Source of the DNA: a virus
Reading direction: 5' to 3' (one strand)
DNA: 12,399 nt
Virus genome (UHGV): UHGV-1779463
In this document: positions 8,156-12,399 of the stretch, piece after piece
Layout of the letters: each line of letters opens with the position of its first letter
Numbering within the stretch: the first letter of the stretch is position 1
Program-made: the position numbers and the translations under genes
The notes under the pieces: generated by a model
What the model saw: the letters and a program-made list of their open reading frames with translations, nothing else
Database searches by the model: none
Told to the model about the DNA's origin: nothing

Positions 8156-8203
8156 TCTTAATACCTAATAACGTATTGTTTGTATCCTGTTTGTTTCTGT
8201 TCT

Positions 8204-8395
8204 TTAGTTGCTACGCGATTCGGCTATACGTTGATCGATCCAGTCATCGATCTCGCTTTCAATAAAAGCTATTGCGCGAGCACCAATCTTGACTGATTGG
8301 GGGAATTGTCCTCGGCTCATCAGAGCATATACCCACGCCTTGCTATAGCCAGTGCGTTTCAAAACCTCAGATAGCCGAATCAGCGACTTTTTCAT
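8204..8395 (-). CDS. alpA: AlpA-family phage transcriptional regulator
   Basis: 63 aa. IRLSEVLKRTGYSKAWVYALMSRGQFPQSVKIGARAIAFIESEIDDWI matches the AlpA pattern (HTH, then P-x-K-I/L-G-x-R-A-x-A-W-x-E-S-E-I-D/E-x-W). Shine-Dalgarno GAGGT 5 nt upstream. Confidence 0.85.
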   Translation of the reverse strand: MKKSLIRLSEVLKRTGYSKAWVYALMSRGQFPQSVKIGARAIAFIESEIDDWIDQRIAESRSN

Positions 8396-8462
8396 ATCTA
8401 CCTCGTAATACGTTGCTTGACTATGTGAGATAGTAAATCATTGTTTTTTTAAGTTTTCTGTG

Positions 8463-8595
8463 AATTTGGAGAAAAAATTTTTGGGAATAGAATTACCCCA
8501 AATTGGGCGTTATTTTTTAGTTCTAACGCACAATTTGGGAACATCCTTCCTTTATTTTGGACGCTTTTTGGTTGCTTTGTTCTTAAATTTGGGGG
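8463..8595. repeat. Iterated AATTTGG(G) motifs in the alpA-upstream region
   Basis: Exact aatttgg at 8463-8469, 8532-8538 and 8586-8592; an inverted copy within cccaaattggg (8498-8507); variants at about 8478 and 8554. Some copies extend into the 3' end of the 251-aa ORF. Confidence 0.45.
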
Positions 8596-9307
8596 CGTAC
8601 TTATCCAAAGCGTTCGTTAGCAATCTCCGAAATGTATCTGGGTGGGTATCGCTGTCTTCATCGTTCCCGAATATTATGTTGTTTTCTATTACTTGGGCAC
8701 TAACCCTATTGATACTAAGGTTTCCTCCACTATGGAAATCTTTGCTTGATTCAAATAAGGCAATCGCCATTCCGGCGATCATCTTTAAAGCCGTATCTTT
8801 TCCTCTCCAGTTTTGTTCTCTTTCTACTTTTTTTGACAGTGCTCCAATTTCTGGTTCGTTATCTGGAACATTCATATCCAGTTCTGGAAAGAAGTTCACA
8901 ACCTCGGATCGCTTGAAATAAAACGAATCGTAAGACCCATACCAATCATCCTCATCATCGTGATATAAAAAGTCTTCTCCTTTCCTAACGTTGAAAGTCC
9001 CTTCTTCCCCCGGTATCGGGCTCTCCCTGTATTCATGCCCCATAGCCAGAAGACCTAAAAACTCCACACACTGCTTTTCAAAGTCTTCATTTGTCGTAAA
9101 ACCAGATACCCAATCGAACTGATAAAAGCCCAGCCCCCCTAAAGTATCTGGTTTAGTCTTGCTCAATCTGTAGTTACTTAAGATAGCGGCAGCTATCATT
9201 CTTTCATTTTCATTGTTTAGTCTTGCCAGTTCGCTGATCAGATTACCAAACCAGATTTTATCTTCTGACTCGTTATAAAACGCATCTAGTCCTGTCATCT
9301 TAGTCAC
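8552..9307 (-). CDS. Hypothetical protein (251 aa), translationally coupled to the integrase
   Basis: Long ORF. Probable GTG start at 9305-9307 with Shine-Dalgarno gaaggagaa, overlapping the integrase stop by 8 nt (alternative ATG at 9296-9298). Acidic, aromatic-rich sequence with no recognisable motif. Confidence 0.65.
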   Translation of the reverse strand: MTKMTGLDAFYNESEDKIWFGNLISELARLNNENERMIAAAILSNYRLSKTKPDTLGGLGFYQFDWVSGFTTNEDFEKQCVEFLGLLAMGHEYRESPIPGEEGTFNVRKGEDFLYHDDEDDWYGSYDSFYFKRSEVVNFFPELDMNVPDNEPEIGALSKKVEREQNWRGKDTALKMIAGMAIALFESSKDFHSGGNLSINRVSAQVIENNIIFGNDEDSDTHPDTFRRLLTNALDKYAPKFKNKATKKRPK

Positions 9308-10622
9308 GGCGTGTTCTCCTTCCGAACTCGTAAGGGCTTATGTGTATTTCTCGATTGGCGTCCAGATAATCTGCCCACCATTGAAGCATTAGTTTGCGCT
9401 CTTCTAAGTAATCAGCCTTGTGCTTGTAGGCTCTTTTAACGTCTTTATATTCTTTGTGGCTCATCTGGCGCTCTACTGCGTCCTCCTGCCACAAACCGGA
9501 CTCCATCAGGGAACTACAGGCTGTGGCACGGAATCCATGTCCAGTTACGTCCTCTTGCGTGTTATAGCCCATTAAGCGTAATGCCTTGTTTACCGTGTTT
9601 TCACTCATCACGCCTTTGGTGTTTCTTTCATTCGGAAACACAACATCGTAGCTTCCGCTTAGTTCTCTCAACTGCTTTACAATAGAAACAGCCTGACGGC
9701 TAAGAAGCACGATATGTTCGTCTTTTCCCGTCTTTGTGCCACGGGTGGAAAACCTCACACCATCGATAGGCTCTCTTTTTTTAGGGATAATCCACTCAGC
9801 CCGATCAAGGTCAAACTCTTTCCAACGGGCAAACCTTAACTCGCTTGAACGAACAAAGGTCAACATGGTTAGCTCAATGGCAAGGCGGGTAAGAGGATTA
9901 CCTTTAAAGCTGCCCAATCGAGTGAAAAAGTCTGGTAAATCTCTGGGATGTAGTGCGGCATGATGCTTAGTTTCATATTGCATTAACCGGACATCGAGAT
10001 CATTCGTGATGATTTCTGTCTTAATGCCGCTCAGACGGGCGCTATGTATGATGTCCTTAACTCGTTGTTTAAGTCGGTTGGCTGTATCGTGTTTCCCGGC
10101 GTCATCTACCTTCTTAAACAAAGGTAAAATTGTCATCGCCTCCAGTTTGCGAATATCCGAAGTGCCAATGTGAGGGAAAATATACATTTCAAGGCTTCTA
10201 AGTACGCGTTTTCGGTGGGCTTCGTTCCACATCTGGTGGCTTTCAACCCATTGACGTCCTATTGTCTCAAAAGTGAATGCACCTTTTTCTTCTGCTTTTG
10301 CTGCTCTTTGCTCTGCTTTGGGATCTATCCCCTTGACTAACAACTTTTTGGCGTTGTCTCGTTTTTCTCTGGCGTCTTGTAAGCTAATGGTTGGATAAGC
10401 CAGTTTGCTAGCCGGGTTTAAGGTGATACCGATCGCCGCAACATTGATGATGGCGTTCTGTGCGCTGGTTGGATTTGCCAGTGCTGTTTTAGCCAGGTAA
10501 TCGTTTTTCTGGAAATACTGAATTGCAAACTGGCTTTCCTTAGCCCATGTCACCGTCTGTTCAGTCAATGCTCCGCAGAATAACTGCTCCTGCTGTTTAA
10601 CGAATTCAACGATATTGCTCAT
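9300..10622 (-). CDS. int: Tyrosine recombinase / phage integrase (P4-like family) with a non-canonical N-terminal ~75 aa
   Basis: C-terminal catalytic signatures are present: VRSSELR (box I Arg), HGFRATACS (H-x-x-R), and RAYKHKADYLEERKLMLQWWADYLD (catalytic Tyr and the MxQ-WADYLD hallmark). The N-terminal arm-binding region is replaced by unrelated sequence. Shine-Dalgarno GGAG 8 nt upstream; ATGA overlap with the upstream ORF. Confidence 0.9.
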   Translation of the reverse strand: MSNIVEFVKQQEQLFCGALTEQTVTWAKESQFAIQYFQKNDYLAKTALANPTSAQNAIINVAAIGITLNPASKLAYPTISLQDAREKRDNAKKLLVKGIDPKAEQRAAKAEEKGAFTFETIGRQWVESHQMWNEAHRKRVLRSLEMYIFPHIGTSDIRKLEAMTILPLFKKVDDAGKHDTANRLKQRVKDIIHSARLSGIKTEIITNDLDVRLMQYETKHHAALHPRDLPDFFTRLGSFKGNPLTRLAIELTMLTFVRSSELRFARWKEFDLDRAEWIIPKKREPIDGVRFSTRGTKTGKDEHIVLLSRQAVSIVKQLRELSGSYDVVFPNERNTKGVMSENTVNKALRLMGYNTQEDVTGHGFRATACSSLMESGLWQEDAVERQMSHKEYKDVKRAYKHKADYLEERKLMLQWWADYLDANREIHISPYEFGRRTRRD

Positions 10623-10930
10623 GCAGCTTCTCCAAAAATGTGTCTGCGTTTGAATATTGCGAAGGCATATTCAGCCTTAACTCTTTCGGTTATTGCATCC
10701 CAGAACCATTCAGCGGCTTTTTCCTGATAGTTACAGTCATCATCTTCCAGCCAGTCGATAGCGTCCTTAGTGTGTTCATCTGGTTTATATGAGCGAAGCA
10801 TTTCGCTTATTGGGTCGCAACGTTTGCAGAGGCGATCAACTTCACTGTTGATTCGTTCGTAATCTTCATCAGTAAAACTTGCGATTATTTGCGATATTTC
10901 ACGCTTATCATTCAGAGTCAGAATCATCAT
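10619..10930 (-). CDS. Hypothetical phage protein (103 aa)
   Basis: Strong Shine-Dalgarno (acaggagaaag before the ATG); its TGA stop overlaps the integrase-ORF ATG. Acidic protein of unknown function. Confidence 0.6.
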   Translation of the reverse strand: MMILTLNDKREISQIIASFTDEDYERINSEVDRLCKRCDPISEMLRSYKPDEHTKDAIDWLEDDDCNYQEKAAEWFWDAITERVKAEYAFAIFKRRHIFGEAA

Positions 10931-11011
10931 CTTTCTCCTGTTCTTTGTGCTGATTGAGCATTTTGTTCATCTGACGAATGAATTCTTCGTCTGACCAGTT
11001 ATCTGTAAAAC

Positions 11012-11182
11012 TCATGGACGGCCTTGTTGTTTCAAAATATCCCAAAGCTTTTCGAGCAAACTTTTCATTCTTGGTTGTTTAAAGTCTGCTCCGGTTAAAA
11101 TATTTTTTCGTGAATGCTGTACCGATAAAATCGGGTTGAAAGGGCGAACCGATGCCGCCCCTGCAATAGCGAACTGTTGCAT
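11012..11182 (-). CDS. Hypothetical small protein (56 aa from the internal ATG; the ORF track extends it to 11287)
   Basis: The internal ATG at 11180-11182 is preceded by a strong Shine-Dalgarno (GGAG about 7 nt upstream). The longer 91-aa form begins with a Cys-rich, hydrophobic stretch and has no ribosome-binding site. Confidence 0.45.
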   Translation of the reverse strand: MQQFAIAGAASVRPFNPILSVQHSRKNILTGADFKQPRMKSLLEKLWDILKQQGRP

Positions 11183-11365
11183 AGGATGCTCCTTCTGTTT
11201 GATTGCATAACGAAAACGCCTCGAGTGAAGCGTTATTGGTATGCATATAAAAAGGCCCTCACACTGGAGGGCAAAGAAGATTTCCAATAATCAGAACAAG
11301 TCGGCTCCTGTTTAGTTACGAGCGACATTGCTCACATAGCAGACTCGCAAATCTACTATAGGTGC

Positions 11366-11524
11366 TTATTCGCATCGCATGACAACATCAAATTTTTCGA
11401 GATTACTTTGTCGCAACAATCCCTCTTCTACGCGGTCAGCTTTTCTATAATTATCAAATTCGAAATGTTTAATTACTTCTTTCGTTTCTCGCTCTATAAC
11501 TTCAACGATGTATTTCTTATTCAT
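11366..11524 (-). CDS. Hypothetical small protein (52 aa), not in the supplied ORF track
   Basis: Hand translation gives MNKKYIVEVIERETKEVIKHFEFDNYRKADRVEEGLLRQSNLEKFDVVMRCE. Shine-Dalgarno AGGTGA 6 nt upstream; its ATG overlaps the stop of the upstream gene by one nucleotide. Confidence 0.4.
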   Translation of the reverse strand: MNKKYIVEVIERETKEVIKHFEFDNYRKADRVEEGLLRQSNLEKFDVVMRCE

Positions 11525-11820
11525 TACTCATCACCTATGGCTTTTCTGATTGCTGCGAGACCTTTATTAACAGCTCCATACCATTCTGGATATGTTGTCG
11601 TTGTTCTATTTTTGGTTTGCTTAAGTAATAACTGAAGTGCTTCGAGAAGGTCAGGTGCTGCCGCTATTAGATTGGCATCTTCAATGCATTGAACTTCCTC
11701 ACAGATTGCAATATACGAACGCCAGCCTGCGCCATTTTCAAGTGAGTCTGCCTGGATTATTTTAATCTCATCGTCATCCATCATTATTTCCCACTTACCT
11801 TCAGTACCTTTAAATTCCAT
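11524..11820 (-). CDS. Small phage protein (about 98 aa) with an AAPDLLEAL motif, reminiscent of Ead/Ea22-like early proteins
   Basis: The ATG at 11818-11820 has a GAGG Shine-Dalgarno 6 nt upstream; the ORF-track extension to 11940 overlaps the upstream gene and passes through a terminator-like hairpin. The family name is recalled from the motif, not verified. Confidence 0.55.
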   Translation of the reverse strand: MEFKGTEGKWEIMMDDDEIKIIQADSLENGAGWRSYIAICEEVQCIEDANLIAAAPDLLEALQLLLKQTKNRTTTTYPEWYGAVNKGLAAIRKAIGDE

Positions 11821-11840
11821 GTTAGCCTCTGTTGTTAGTG

Positions 11841-11868
11841 CCAAAAATAAAGGCCGACTATGCGGCCT
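11841..11868 (-). terminator. Intrinsic-terminator-like hairpin after the 156-aa gene
   Basis: Minus strand reads AGGCCG-CATAGT-CGGCCT followed by TTATTTTTGG: a 6-bp GC-rich stem, 6-nt loop and T-tract. The stem overlaps the TAG stop at 11867-11869. Confidence 0.45.
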
Positions 11869-12337
11869 AGTAGAATACCCAATTTTCTGTTTCTTGGTTG
11901 TGTCCAAAGTTATATTCAATATCTGGTGTTGATGTATCAATATTCTTCATCCCATCAACAAGAGTTGATACAACAGCCAAATCTTGTTTGATTCTCATTA
12001 AATGGTATTTCTTCCGGCGCAATAAACTCTCAATGGCAAGTTTCTTCGTTGGGAATGCAAAAGATCTTTCTGCATTTTTTGCTACTTTCTTAATTGCATA
12101 TCTATTTCTCCTTTGTTTCCATTCCCGTAACCACTGATTTGGTGCTGGTTTAAAATCAACAATCCAATGCGCAGGAACCAACCATGCATAATGCTCTGTC
12201 TGATGAAAAGCTATATATTGAAGTGCGAATATTTTGATTCCATCTTCTTCAACTGTCGCTTGGAATCTCCAGAAAACAGGCATTCCATCATGTTCAGTTT
12301 CTGATTCAGGAAAAGGTACGCTCCATGATTTTGTCAT
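11867..12337 (-). CDS. Hypothetical phage protein (156 aa)
   Basis: Strong Shine-Dalgarno (GAGGTGA 3-4 nt before the ATG); protein-like composition; followed by a terminator-like hairpin. Confidence 0.6.
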   Translation of the reverse strand: MTKSWSVPFPESETEHDGMPVFWRFQATVEEDGIKIFALQYIAFHQTEHYAWLVPAHWIVDFKPAPNQWLREWKQRRNRYAIKKVAKNAERSFAFPTKKLAIESLLRRKKYHLMRIKQDLAVVSTLVDGMKNIDTSTPDIEYNFGHNQETENWVFY

Positions 12338-12399
12338 ATCTCACCTCAAATAAGTGGTTTGCTGCCTAATTTCATTTTCTGGCGACCAACACAAGTCAT

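Larger units (their letters stand above)
198..10622. mobile_element. Integrative element / genomic island (P4-, CP4-57- or PICI-like); boundaries not determinable from this window
   Basis: Co-oriented integrase, AlpA-like regulator, HTH protein and HUH Rep-like gene, followed by AT-rich cargo and a serine recombinase. No att direct repeats or tRNA target were identified, so the extent is approximate. Confidence 0.5.

Noticed and set aside
1182-9307. Additional IIGN-like occurrences: AIIGNVGD in the 70-aa ORF (1182-1394) and HSGGN...NNIIFGND in the 251-aa ORF (8552-9307)
   Set aside because: These are 4-6 residue matches in different contexts from the 19-residue shared motif; too short to separate from chance without profile-based statistics.
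7194-9963. Plus-strand ORFs 7194-7484, 8460-8921 and 9736-9963
   Set aside because: Each is antisense to a better-supported minus-strand gene (128-aa ORF, 251-aa ORF, integrase) and lacks translation signals.
10908-11015. Possible 35-aa minus-strand ORF (MSFTDNWSDEEF...) overlapping the start of the 103-aa gene
   Set aside because: Very short, and it overlaps a better-supported gene with a strong ribosome-binding site; not enough evidence to call.
11821-11940. N-terminal extension of ORF 11524-11940 beyond the internal ATG at 11820
   Set aside because: The extension overlaps the upstream 156-aa gene and runs through a terminator-like hairpin, whereas the internal ATG has a good GAGG ribosome-binding site; the shorter form is preferred.
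11408-12137. Plus-strand ORFs 11408-11635 and 11898-12137
   Set aside because: Antisense to the coupled minus-strand phage genes; hydrophobic, repetitive translations.
1-12399. tRNA/tmRNA integration target, att direct repeats or a CRISPR array
   Set aside because: No cloverleaf-like sequence or regularly spaced repeat-spacer array was recognised by eye. The only terminal-region repeat is a short tandem ggtgcccc(c)ag at 114-136. Proper tRNA and repeat scans were not possible here.

Overview
This window looks like part of an integrative mobile element (P4/CP4-57/PICI-like) whose AT-rich cargo carries a candidate undescribed two-gene system. On the minus strand, a lambdoid-style run of small phage genes (10619-12337) leads into a P4-family tyrosine integrase (9300-10622), then a translationally coupled 251-aa ORF, an AlpA-like regulator, an HTH protein, a 128-aa ORF and a HUH-motif Rep-like protein (6184-7236). 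A ~750-bp AT-rich spacer separates this backbone from the plus-strand cargo: a 109-aa ORF (1804-2133) and a 1094-aa ORF (2146-5430), roughly 30-35% G+C by hand count of sample lines versus about 50% in the flanks. The C-terminal ~19 residues of the small protein recur at the N-terminus of the large one, and the two ORFs are in the same frame separated by a single TAG. That layout resembles amyloid-signalling effector/receptor gene pairs, but the large protein has no Walker A motif, so it is not a classical NLR. The left end holds a serine recombinase (198-824, minus) with a cluster of repeated motifs and a 28-bp perfect palindrome upstream. No rRNA, tRNA or CRISPR array was recognised. All product assignments are from motif recognition by eye; no database search was run.
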